Source of the DNA: Gemmatimonadota bacterium
GTDB taxonomy: Bacteria > Gemmatimonadota > Gemmatimonadetes > Palauibacterales > Palauibacteraceae
Assembly: GCA_965116475.1 (NCBI GenBank)
Contig: OZ220691.1
Span: 3,392,001-3,456,000, forward strand
DNA: 64,000 bases
Direction of reading: 5' to 3'
Under the pieces are notes generated by a model. That model did not search any database and had not been told where the DNA came from. It saw only the letters and a program-made list of their open reading frames with translations. Position numbers and translations under genes: made by a program. This document shows, one piece after another, positions 1 to 7,972 of this stretch; position 1 is the stretch's first letter, and the number at the start of each line of letters is the position of its first letter.

Positions 1-311
1 ACGGAGCCGGGTGGCTGGCCGACGCAGCTGGGCGGCCCTGGCTCTCGGCCGGAATCGCTTGCGGCCGGAAGGGGTCGCGCGCCGCAGGCGGACTGACCGT
101 CGCGGTGGGGCCGGAGGGAGGCTTGACGAGTGCGGAGCGGCGTCGCTGCCTGGAGGCCGGCTTCGAACCGGTTTCCCTGGGTCCGGCCGCGTTGAGGTTC
201 GAGACCGCCGCGGTGGTCGCCGTGGCGGCGGCAGCGGCGGTGCTGGCGTGGGACGAAAACGAGGCAGATAACGAAGCAGGCGACGAGGCAGCCGACGAGG
301 GGACGACATGA
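1..311 (+). CDS. rsmE: 16S rRNA m3U1498 methyltransferase, 3' part (5' end outside window)
   Basis: Frame open from nt 3; SPOUT C-terminal motifs VGPEGGLT and SLGPAALRFETAAV. Confidence 0.9.
   Translation, partial: GAGWLADAAGRPWLSAGIACGRKGSRAAGGLTVAVGPEGGLTSAERRRCLEAGFEPVSLGPAALRFETAAVVAVAAAAAVLAWDENEADNEAGDEAADEGTT
258..305 (+). repeat. Four degenerate 12-bp tandem units at the rsmE 3' end (NEAD/NEAG/DEAA/DEGT)
   Basis: aacgaggcagat aacgaagcaggc gacgaggcagcc gacgaggggacg. Confidence 0.7.
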
Positions 312-643
312 CGGACTGCGTATTCTGCAGCATCGCTTCGGGGGAGATCGAGGCCACGATCGTCGCCGAGGGGGACGACTGGGTGGCGTTCGGGGACCTC
401 GAACCCCAGGCGCCGGTGCATGTGCTCGTGATCCCCCGGGCGCATGTGTCGAGCCTCGCGACGCTCTCGGAAGGGCCGCTCGGAACCCGGCTCCTGCTCG
501 CCTGCGCGGCCGTAGCCGACGCGGAGGGGCTGGGCGGCGGGTACCGCGTGGTCACGAATGTCGGCGAAGACGGCGGCCAGGCCGTGCCGCACCTGCACTT
601 CCACGTGCTCGGCGCTCGCCGCATGGGCTGGCCGCCCGGGTAG
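308..643 (+). CDS. hinT: HIT (histidine triad) nucleotide-binding protein
   Basis: N-terminal DCVFC, PQAPVHVLVIP, GQAVPHLHFHVLG, C-terminal WPPG; ATGA overlap with rsmE. Confidence 0.93.
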   Translation: MTDCVFCSIASGEIEATIVAEGDDWVAFGDLEPQAPVHVLVIPRAHVSSLATLSEGPLGTRLLLACAAVADAEGLGGGYRVVTNVGEDGGQAVPHLHFHVLGARRMGWPPG

Positions 644-648
644 CCGCC

Positions 649-3042
649 GTGGATCACGCGCTCAGGGTGATCGAGTTCGACCGCGTGCTGGCGGCGGTCG
701 GCGAACGCGCCGTATCGGAAGCGGGCCGCTCCGCGGTGCGCCGACTCCGGCCGCTTCCGGATGCGGCATCCGCGCGCCGCTCGCTCGCGGCCGTGCACGA
801 ACTTCGGGAACTCATCGGCAGCCGGGACGGGTGGGTACTGGATCCGATCGCGCCGCTGGACGGAGCCCTCCGGCGGCTCGCGATCGAGGACGCGGCGCTG
901 GAGCCGCCTCAATTGCTCGCGTGCGGACAGGTCATGGCCGTCGCGCGCGCCGTGAGCCGACTGGAGGCGCGCCTCGATCCCGACGGGCTCCCGGCGGAGC
1001 ACGTCAGCCGGTTGTGGGGGGAGGCGGTCCTCGAGAAACGGATTGCGCGCACCTTCGATGCGACGGGAGCGGTCGCGGATGGAGCCTCGCAGGAGCTTCG
1101 GCGCATCCGCCGGGCGCTCGCGACGCGGCGCGGCCGGCTCGTCGACGAACTCACCCGCTACGCCCGCTCGCTCCCGGAGCGCGTTCGCGTGCGCGACGCC
1201 TCGGTCACGGTCCGCAACGGCCGCTACTGCATCCCCGTCCGCCGCGAGGGCAAGGGGATCGCCGGCGGTCTCGTCCACGACGCTTCCGCCAGCCGCCAGA
1301 CCCTGTTCGTCGAGCCGTCGCGCGCCATCGAGGCGATGAACGAGATCCGTGAACTGGAACTCGGCGAAGCACGCGAGGTGGACCGGATCTTGCGGGACCT
1401 CTCTTCGGCCGTGCGCGCCCGCGCGACGGAACTCGCCCTCTCCTACGCCGCTCTCGTGGAGCTGGACTCGCTCCGCGCCCGCGCGCTCTTCGCGGACGAG
1501 ATGGACGCATCGCCCCCCGCCTTCGTCGATGCATCCTCCGAAGGAATCCACGTTCGCGGCGCTCGTCATCCTCTTCTCGCCCTCGACGCCGCCGGAGCCG
1601 TCCCGTTCGACCTCGACCTGTCGGCGGATGAGCGCGTCCTTCTCGTGTCGGGGCCGAACGCGGGCGGGAAGACGGTGTTTCTCAAGACGCTAGGCCTGCT
1701 GTGCGCCCTCTCGCAGAGCGGCGTCCTGCCGCCGCTCGGCGCCGGGAGCCGGATCCCGTTCTTCGGTCGCTTCTTCGCGGTCATCGGGGACGAACAGTCG
1801 ATCGAAGCGTCGCTCTCCACCTTCGGCGCGCAGGCGCGCAACCTGGCCGAGATCCTGAACGAGGCCGGAGCGCGGGACCTCGTTCTCTTCGACGAGATCG
1901 GCAGCGCGACGGATCCGGCCGAGGGGGGCGCGCTTGCGGCGGCATCGCTGCGGCGCCTGGCTCGGCAGGCGCGTCTCACGGTGGCGACGACGCACCTCGG
2001 CGACCTCAAGCGCCTCGCCGACGAGAAGGCGGCGGCGGTGAACGCCTCGCTGGAGTTCGATGGAACGCGGCTCGAGCCCACGTACCGCCTGGTGAGGGAC
2101 CGGCCCGGCCGCAGCTACGCGCTCGTCATCGCGGCGCGGCTGGGGGTTCCGGATGACGTCCTCGCCGATGCGCGCGACCGGCTCGGGCCGGAGCACGTCT
2201 CGCTGGACACGCTCCTCGCCCGCCTCGAGGCCGAACGGGGCGAGGTCGAGGACCTCCGGGCCCAACTCGAGCGCCGGGCCGGAGAAACGGCCGAGCGCGA
2301 ACGCGACCTCGCGTCCAGGGAGACCGCCCTCGCCGATTCGGAGCGCGCCGCCGCTCGTCGACGGGAAGCGGCGCGGCTCGCGGCGCTGCGGGAGGCGCGA
2401 GAGCGGGTGGAGGGTGCGATCTCACGCCTCGAGGCCGAATTCGCCGCGGGGGATGAGGTGCGCCGACGGGAGGCGAAGCGGTCCGCGCGGGGCGAAGTGG
2501 AGCGCGCGCTCCGGGCGTCTTCGCGCGCGCTTCGCTCGCTGGGCGATTCCACCCCTTCGTCCCCTTCGTCGGCGGAGCGAACGGTCGGCGTCGGCGATAC
2601 CGTGCGCTGGGACGCGTCCGACCGGCCGGCGCGCCTCGTCGAGATTCGTGACGATCGCGGCGTCATCGAAGTGGGCGAACTGCGGCTCACGGTACCGCTG
2701 CGGGACCTGGCGCCCCATTCTGCACCGGCGAACCGTTCGTCCGGGGCGGCCGGGGTCCGGGAAGCCGGCGGACCGCCGCAGCGCCGGCCGGACTTCAGCG
2801 TCGCCACGGAGGTCGATCTCAGGGGGTTGCGCGTCGACGAGGTGGAGGGGGCGCTCAACCCGGCCGTTGATGCGGCCGTGGTCGGAGACCTCCCGTGGCT
2901 CAGGATCATTCACGGGAAGGGAACGGGCGCGCTGCGGGAGCGGGTCGGGCAACTGCTCGCCGGGGATCCGCGGATCCGGCTCTCCAGAACCGGTGAGCCG
3001 AACGAAGGAGGCACGGGCGTCACGGTCGTGGAATTCGAGTGA
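649..3042 (+). CDS. mutS2: MutS2 family ATPase/endonuclease with C-terminal Smr domain
   Basis: Walker A GPNAGGKT, IGDEQSIEASLSTF, DEIGSATDPAEG, Smr motifs DLRGLRVDE and IIHGKGTG. Confidence 0.95.
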   Translation: MDHALRVIEFDRVLAAVGERAVSEAGRSAVRRLRPLPDAASARRSLAAVHELRELIGSRDGWVLDPIAPLDGALRRLAIEDAALEPPQLLACGQVMAVARAVSRLEARLDPDGLPAEHVSRLWGEAVLEKRIARTFDATGAVADGASQELRRIRRALATRRGRLVDELTRYARSLPERVRVRDASVTVRNGRYCIPVRREGKGIAGGLVHDASASRQTLFVEPSRAIEAMNEIRELELGEAREVDRILRDLSSAVRARATELALSYAALVELDSLRARALFADEMDASPPAFVDASSEGIHVRGARHPLLALDAAGAVPFDLDLSADERVLLVSGPNAGGKTVFLKTLGLLCALSQSGVLPPLGAGSRIPFFGRFFAVIGDEQSIEASLSTFGAQARNLAEILNEAGARDLVLFDEIGSATDPAEGGALAAASLRRLARQARLTVATTHLGDLKRLADEKAAAVNASLEFDGTRLEPTYRLVRDRPGRSYALVIAARLGVPDDVLADARDRLGPEHVSLDTLLARLEAERGEVEDLRAQLERRAGETAERERDLASRETALADSERAAARRREAARLAALREARERVEGAISRLEAEFAAGDEVRRREAKRSARGEVERALRASSRALRSLGDSTPSSPSSAERTVGVGDTVRWDASDRPARLVEIRDDRGVIEVGELRLTVPLRDLAPHSAPANRSSGAAGVREAGGPPQRRPDFSVATEVDLRGLRVDEVEGALNPAVDAAVVGDLPWLRIIHGKGTGALRERVGQLLAGDPRIRLSRTGEPNEGGTGVTVVEFE

Positions 3043-3105
3043 ACGCGGGTTGCGCGCGGTGCGCGGGATGATGGGCCGCTCGGGCCCCGGCTCGGGGGAG
3101 GGCTC

Positions 3106-4920
3106 GTGGTGAGCGACAGCCTCGTAGAGGACATCCGGGCCCGGGCGGACATCCTCGAGGTCGTGGGCGAGTACGTCCAGCTTCGACGATCGGGCAAGAG
3201 CTACCGCGGCCCCTGTCCCCTGCACGGCGGCGACGGCCCGAACTTCTCCGTCGACCCGCAGCGCCAGATGTTCAAGTGCTTCGTCTGCGGGGAGGGCGGG
3301 GACGTCTACGGCTTCCTGATGAAGCACCTCGGATTCGACTTCCCGGAGGCGGTGCGCCACGTGGGCGCGAGAGTCGGGATAGAGGTTCCGGACCGGGAGG
3401 AGCGGCGCGAGGATCCGTATGCGCCGCTGCGGGGCGTGCTCGCCTTTGCGGCCGAGTGGTTCCAGGGCCGGCTGCGCGAACCGGCCGGCGCCGGGGCGCG
3501 CGACTATCTCAAGGGGCGCGGACTGTCGCTGGAGGAAGCGCTCGACTTCGGGCTGGGCTACGCGGACGACGAATGGCGGGCGCTCCGTTCCGCGGCGGCC
3601 CGACACGGGATCGAGGAGCGCACGCTGCTCGAACTCGGGCTGCTCGCGACGAGCGAGAGGGCGGAGGAGCCGTACGACCGTTTTCGCGGGCGTCTGATGT
3701 TCACGATCCACGACCTGCGCGACCGGCCGATCGGCTTCGGCGGCCGCATCCTCGACGCCTCCTCCGATGCGCCCAAGTACATCAACTCGCCCGAATCGCC
3801 CGTCTTTCACAAGGGGGAAGAGCTGTACGGCCTCAACCGGGCCCGGCACGCCATGCGTCGGGAGGGCCACGCGGCGATCGCGGAGGGGTTTACCGACGTG
3901 ATCGCGCTGCACCGGGCCGGCCTCGGCTTCGCGGTCGCGGGGCTGGGGACCTCCTTCACGGCGGACCAGGCGCGCCGCATCGGCCGATACACGAAACGGG
4001 CCTATCTGCTCTACGACAGCGACCTCGCCGGGCTGCGCGCGACCTTCCGGACGGGGGATATCCTGTTGGCCGCCGGAATCCACCCGATGGTCGTGTCGCT
4101 CCCTTCCGGCGAAGATCCGGACTCCCTCATCCGGCGGGACGGCCCGGCCGCCATCCGGCAGCTCCTGGACGACGCGGTGGATCTCCTCGAGCGGAAGCTC
4201 CAGATCCTCCGCCGCGAGGGGTACCTCGACCGGGTCGAGGGGCGCCGCCGCGCGGTGGATGGCCTGCTCAGCACCCTGAGGGCGGTCTCCGATCCGGCGC
4301 TCCGCGACATCTACGTGGACAGGGCGGTGGAAGGACTGGGCATACGGCGCGACACGCTCGTGGATGAAATCGCGCGCCTCGAACGTTCCCGGCTTCGACG
4401 CCGTCCCTCCGCCGCCGGCGCGGGCCGTCCCCGTCGCGGGCCGTCTCCGGTGTCGCGAACGGAGCACGATTTTCTTCTCCTGCTCGTGCGCGATCCGGCG
4501 CTCACGCGGCAGGCCGTGCGCGTCGGCATCGTCCCCGGCCACATGTCCGACCCGCGCGGCCGCGAACTGTTCGAGATCCTGTCGGCGGCATCGGACGAGG
4601 GGGTCGATTCTCCGGACTGGACAACCGCCTCCGCCGAGACCGGGGAATTGGCGAAGACGTTGCGGGAGTCCGACCGGGAGCTTCCGGACGCCGCTCGGGT
4701 ATTCGACGCCGTGGTGCGCCGGCTTCTCTATCGACGGCATCGGGAACGGATCGAGGAGATTGGCCGCGCCATCGAGCTTGCGGAGCCGGAGCAGCAACGT
4801 CGATTGTTGGGTGAGAAACAGGAACTCGTGCGCGAACTTCGTGCCGCGGGCGAGTCGGGAGCGTTCATGCCGGCGGCGGAGGCGAGACGCCCCCCGCCTG
4901 CCGGGGCGACGCAGCGATGA
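3106..4920 (+). CDS. dnaG: DNA primase (start 3106 or 3109)
   Basis: CHC2 zinc finger CPLH...CFVC, YDRFRGRLMF, KYINSPES, TOPRIM EGFTDVI / YDSDLAG / GEDPD; SD GGAGG upstream. Confidence 0.96.
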   Translation: MVSDSLVEDIRARADILEVVGEYVQLRRSGKSYRGPCPLHGGDGPNFSVDPQRQMFKCFVCGEGGDVYGFLMKHLGFDFPEAVRHVGARVGIEVPDREERREDPYAPLRGVLAFAAEWFQGRLREPAGAGARDYLKGRGLSLEEALDFGLGYADDEWRALRSAAARHGIEERTLLELGLLATSERAEEPYDRFRGRLMFTIHDLRDRPIGFGGRILDASSDAPKYINSPESPVFHKGEELYGLNRARHAMRREGHAAIAEGFTDVIALHRAGLGFAVAGLGTSFTADQARRIGRYTKRAYLLYDSDLAGLRATFRTGDILLAAGIHPMVVSLPSGEDPDSLIRRDGPAAIRQLLDDAVDLLERKLQILRREGYLDRVEGRRRAVDGLLSTLRAVSDPALRDIYVDRAVEGLGIRRDTLVDEIARLERSRLRRRPSAAGAGRPRRGPSPVSRTEHDFLLLLVRDPALTRQAVRVGIVPGHMSDPRGRELFEILSAASDEGVDSPDWTTASAETGELAKTLRESDRELPDAARVFDAVVRRLLYRRHRERIEEIGRAIELAEPEQQRRLLGEKQELVRELRAAGESGAFMPAAEARRPPPAGATQR

Positions 4921-5654
4921 CAGCCGGAGAGCGTATGCAAGCGAGCGATATCGTCGAGGAGTTACTCACTCTTCAGGAGATTGATCACAAGATCCTGAAG
5001 ATAGAGGATGAACTCGAGAGTCTCGGCCGGGAGGAGGCCGGGCTCCGGGAAACCGTGGAGACGCTGGAGTCGCAGGTCGCGCGGATCCGGGCGGAAGCGG
5101 AGGAGGCGGAAGGGCGCGTGCGGCAGTTCCACCGGGCGGTGGAGGCCGGCAGGGCGACGCTCAAGCGCCTCGAAGCGCGCTCGGTCGCGGTGGCGAACAT
5201 GCAGCAACATCTCGCGGTGCGGAGCGAAACGGACACGGCCCGGCGCAACCTGCGGGCGGCGGAGGATGACCAGCTCGACGCCATGCAGGACGTGGAGACG
5301 GCGCGCGGGGCGCTCAAGGCGGCGGAGGCGGAGTTGCGGGAGGCCGCGGCACGGCTGGCGGAGCGGAGCGCCGCCGCGGAGGAACTGCGGGCGACCCTGG
5401 AGGGAGATCTTCAGAATTGCGGCGCGAGCCGGGAAACGCATGAAAGCCGGCTGGACCGCCGGGCGCTGCAGCTGTACCGGACGGCGGGCGGAGGCGGGCG
5501 CCAGGCGGCGCTTGCCGAACTCACCGGCGACGGGGTGTGCGGCCGCTGCTACACGGCGATACCGAAACAGCAACAGGCCGAGATCCGGGCGCGGCGGCAT
5601 CTCGCCGTCTGCGAGGGTTGCGGGATCATCCTCTACCCGGGGGTTCTCGCCTGA
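4917..5654 (+). CDS. Coiled-coil protein with C-terminal C4 zinc ribbon (zf-RING_7, CT398/HP0958-like)
   Basis: LLTLQEID start, long coiled coil, CGRC...CEGCGIILY; alternative start 4935. Confidence 0.85.
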   Translation: MTAGERMQASDIVEELLTLQEIDHKILKIEDELESLGREEAGLRETVETLESQVARIRAEAEEAEGRVRQFHRAVEAGRATLKRLEARSVAVANMQQHLAVRSETDTARRNLRAAEDDQLDAMQDVETARGALKAAEAELREAAARLAERSAAAEELRATLEGDLQNCGASRETHESRLDRRALQLYRTAGGGGRQAALAELTGDGVCGRCYTAIPKQQQAEIRARRHLAVCEGCGIILYPGVLA

Positions 5655-5667
5655 CGCGCCCGGTCAT

Positions 5668-6243
5668 TTGAGGCTTCGCATCATCGCGGGCGACCTGGGC
5701 GGCCGCTTCATCGACGCCCCCCGTGGACGGCGTACCCGTCCGACGGCGGAGCGGGTGCGGGAGGCCTGGTTCTCCGCGCTCGCGGGCGATGTCGACGGGG
5801 CGCGGGTCGCCGACCTCTACGCCGGCTCCGGGGCTTTGGGCATCGAGGCGCTGTCGCGAGGTGCGGCGCACGTTCATTTTGTCGAGTCGGATCGCGGGGC
5901 TGTGGCGCTGCTGCGTCGCAATGTCGCGACGCTCGATCTCGCGGACCGATCTCGCGTCGTGCGAGACGACGCCATCGCCTGGGTCGACGGTCTCGACGAA
6001 CCGGAAGATGCGGCCGGACCGGGCGCGCCGCTCGACCTGATCCTCGCGGATCCACCGTATGCGTCCACCGGCGGCGCGCGGCTGGTCGAGCGCTTCCGAG
6101 CCCGTCCGTTCGCCTCACAGCTGTGGGTCGAGCATCGTCCGGACGCCGAATGGGCGGCCGCGGCCGATTGGACGAGGGAATACGGTGACACCTGCGTCAG
6201 CCGCTTCCGGGCTCCGGCCGACGCGTCAACCCCAACACTCTGA
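5668..6243 (+). CDS. rsmD: 16S rRNA m2G966 methyltransferase
   Basis: TTG start; LRIIAG, TRPTAERVREA, DLYAGSGALGIEALSRGA, DPPY, YGDT. Confidence 0.92.
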   Translation: MRLRIIAGDLGGRFIDAPRGRRTRPTAERVREAWFSALAGDVDGARVADLYAGSGALGIEALSRGAAHVHFVESDRGAVALLRRNVATLDLADRSRVVRDDAIAWVDGLDEPEDAAGPGAPLDLILADPPYASTGGARLVERFRARPFASQLWVEHRPDAEWAAAADWTREYGDTCVSRFRAPADASTPTL

Positions 6244-6254
6244 CGGGGAACCCG

Positions 6255-6752
6255 ATGAACAACGCCGTCGCCGTGTACCCCGGCTCGTTCGACCCGCTGA
6301 CGGTCGGACACGAGGACATCGTGCGCAGGAGCCTGGGGGTCGTCGAGCGCCTGATCGTCGCCGTCGCCGAGACGGCCACGCAGGCCAAGTCGGGGCTGTT
6401 CGAGATCGAGGAACGCGTCGATCTGATCCGCGAGGTGTTTGCGGACGAACCCCGGATCGAGGCGACCTCCTTCTCGGGTCTGCTCGTGGATTTTGCCCGT
6501 GCCCGCAGGGCCCGGATCATCGTCCGCGGGCTGCGGGCCGTGAGCGACTTCGAGTACGAGTTTCAGATGGCGCTCATGAACCGCTCGCTCTGGCCCGACG
6601 TCGAAGTCCTCTTCATGGCGCCCTCGACGCGCCACACGTTCCTGAGCTCCTCGCTCGTGCGCGAAGTCGGACGGCTGGGCGGAGATGTGACGGACTTCGT
6701 GAGCCCGGTCGTGAAGGCCCGCATGGACCGCGCGTTCGGGCGCGACGCATAG
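6255..6752 (+). CDS. coaD: Phosphopantetheine adenylyltransferase
   Basis: YPGSFDPLTVGH, RGLRAVSDFEYEFQMALMN, SSSLVRE. Confidence 0.97.
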   Translation: MNNAVAVYPGSFDPLTVGHEDIVRRSLGVVERLIVAVAETATQAKSGLFEIEERVDLIREVFADEPRIEATSFSGLLVDFARARRARIIVRGLRAVSDFEYEFQMALMNRSLWPDVEVLFMAPSTRHTFLSSSLVREVGRLGGDVTDFVSPVVKARMDRAFGRDA

Positions 6753-6769
6753 TCGCCACGGACTGCCAG

Positions 6770-7624
6770 GTGACGTCGCCGGAGCGGCTCGGCTTCATCG
6801 GCCGGCTGAGGGCGCGGGCCGCCGCCCTCGAGCGGCGCATCGGCTTCCCGGAGGCGGACGAGCCGCGCACCGCGCTGGCGATTCGCCGGTTGCGGGAGGA
6901 GGGGTGGGTACGCCCGGTGGAGGTCCCCGCCGGCGCGGGCGGCCTCGAGGCTGCCGCGCAACGCCTCGCGGCGGGAGAGCTGGATGGGGTCGTGGCCGGC
7001 GCCGCGCATGCGACGGCCGACGTCATCCGCGCCGGGCTGCGGGTGGTCGGCCTGGCCGACGGCGTGGAAACGGTCTCCGCCGCCTTCTACATGGTGTTTC
7101 CCGAGCCCGGCGAACGGGTGCTCACGCTTACGGACGCGGCGGTCGTCCCGGCGCCGACCCCGGCCCAGATGGCGGAAAGCGCTTCTGCCGCCTGCGACGC
7201 GCACCGCGCCATCGCCGGAGAGGAACCGGTCGTCGCGTTTCTCTCATACTCCACGCTCGGCTCGGCGGCGGGGCCGGCGGTCGAGCATGTGCGAGAGGCG
7301 CTGGACATCTTCCGCCGCCGCCGACCGGACATCGCGGCGGAGGGTGAACTGCAGGCCGATGCCGCGCTCGTTCCGGAAGTCGCGGCGCTGAAGGCTCCCG
7401 GATCTCCGGTGGCCGGCCGCGCGAACCTGCTCGTCTTCCCCGGCCTCGATGCCGCGAACATCGCGTACAAGCTGCTCGAGCGACTTGCCGGCGCGCGCGC
7501 CCTGGGACCTGTCCTTCAGGGACTGCGGCGACCGCTGAACGACCTCTCCCGCGGCGCGTCCGTGTCCGATATCGTGGATGTCGCCTGCATCACGGCCCTC
7601 ATGTCACCCGGGAGCGAAGGATGA
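6770..7624 (+). CDS. pta: Phosphate acetyl/acyltransferase (short, ~284 aa)
   Basis: RIGFPE, VAFLSYSTLGS, GELQADAALVP, ANIAYKL, GPVLQG, NDLSRG...DIV; GTG start. Confidence 0.85.
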   Translation: MTSPERLGFIGRLRARAAALERRIGFPEADEPRTALAIRRLREEGWVRPVEVPAGAGGLEAAAQRLAAGELDGVVAGAAHATADVIRAGLRVVGLADGVETVSAAFYMVFPEPGERVLTLTDAAVVPAPTPAQMAESASAACDAHRAIAGEEPVVAFLSYSTLGSAAGPAVEHVREALDIFRRRRPDIAAEGELQADAALVPEVAALKAPGSPVAGRANLLVFPGLDAANIAYKLLERLAGARALGPVLQGLRRPLNDLSRGASVSDIVDVACITALMSPGSEG

Positions 7625-7953
7625 CGTTTTCGATCGAAGCGCTGGGAGCCAATACCCTCGTCGCGGTGGGCGGCCAGCTCACGATCAACAACCGCGGCGA
7701 GTTCAAGGAACGCGTGCTCGCGCGTCTGGCGGTGGGAGACACCGACTTCGTGATAGATTTCACCGAGGCCGACTACATCGACTCCTCCGGCCTGGGGGTG
7801 CTCGTCAGTCTCTCCAAGCACATCCGCGACGCGGGGGGACGCCTGACGCTGACCGGACTGAACGAGGACCTTCAGCGGCTCTTCGCCCTGACGAGACTGG
7901 ATTCGCTGTTCGAGATCGCCGAGTCCCGGGCAGCCGCGCTCGGCGAATCCTGA
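7621..7953 (+). CDS. STAS-domain anti-sigma-factor antagonist (RsbV/SpoIIAA-like)
   Basis: YIDSSGLGVL phospho-acceptor motif, LFALTRLD; ATGA overlap with pta. Confidence 0.93.
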   Translation: MTFSIEALGANTLVAVGGQLTINNRGEFKERVLARLAVGDTDFVIDFTEADYIDSSGLGVLVSLSKHIRDAGGRLTLTGLNEDLQRLFALTRLDSLFEIAESRAAALGES

Positions 7954-7972
7954 CCGGAGCCGCGGCTCCGGT
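7953..7972. repeat. Perfect 20-bp palindrome filling the STAS/kinase-phosphatase intergenic gap
   Basis: ACCGGAGCCG|CGGCTCCGGT is its own reverse complement. Confidence 0.85.

Noticed and set aside
2422..4797. Long antisense/alternate-frame ORFs (e.g. 2422-4797, 32049-34328, 40685-42904, 43851-45872, 50017-52047)
   Set aside because: They shadow well-supported genes, are Arg/Pro/Gly-rich without motifs, and are expected from stop-codon scarcity at ~70% GC.
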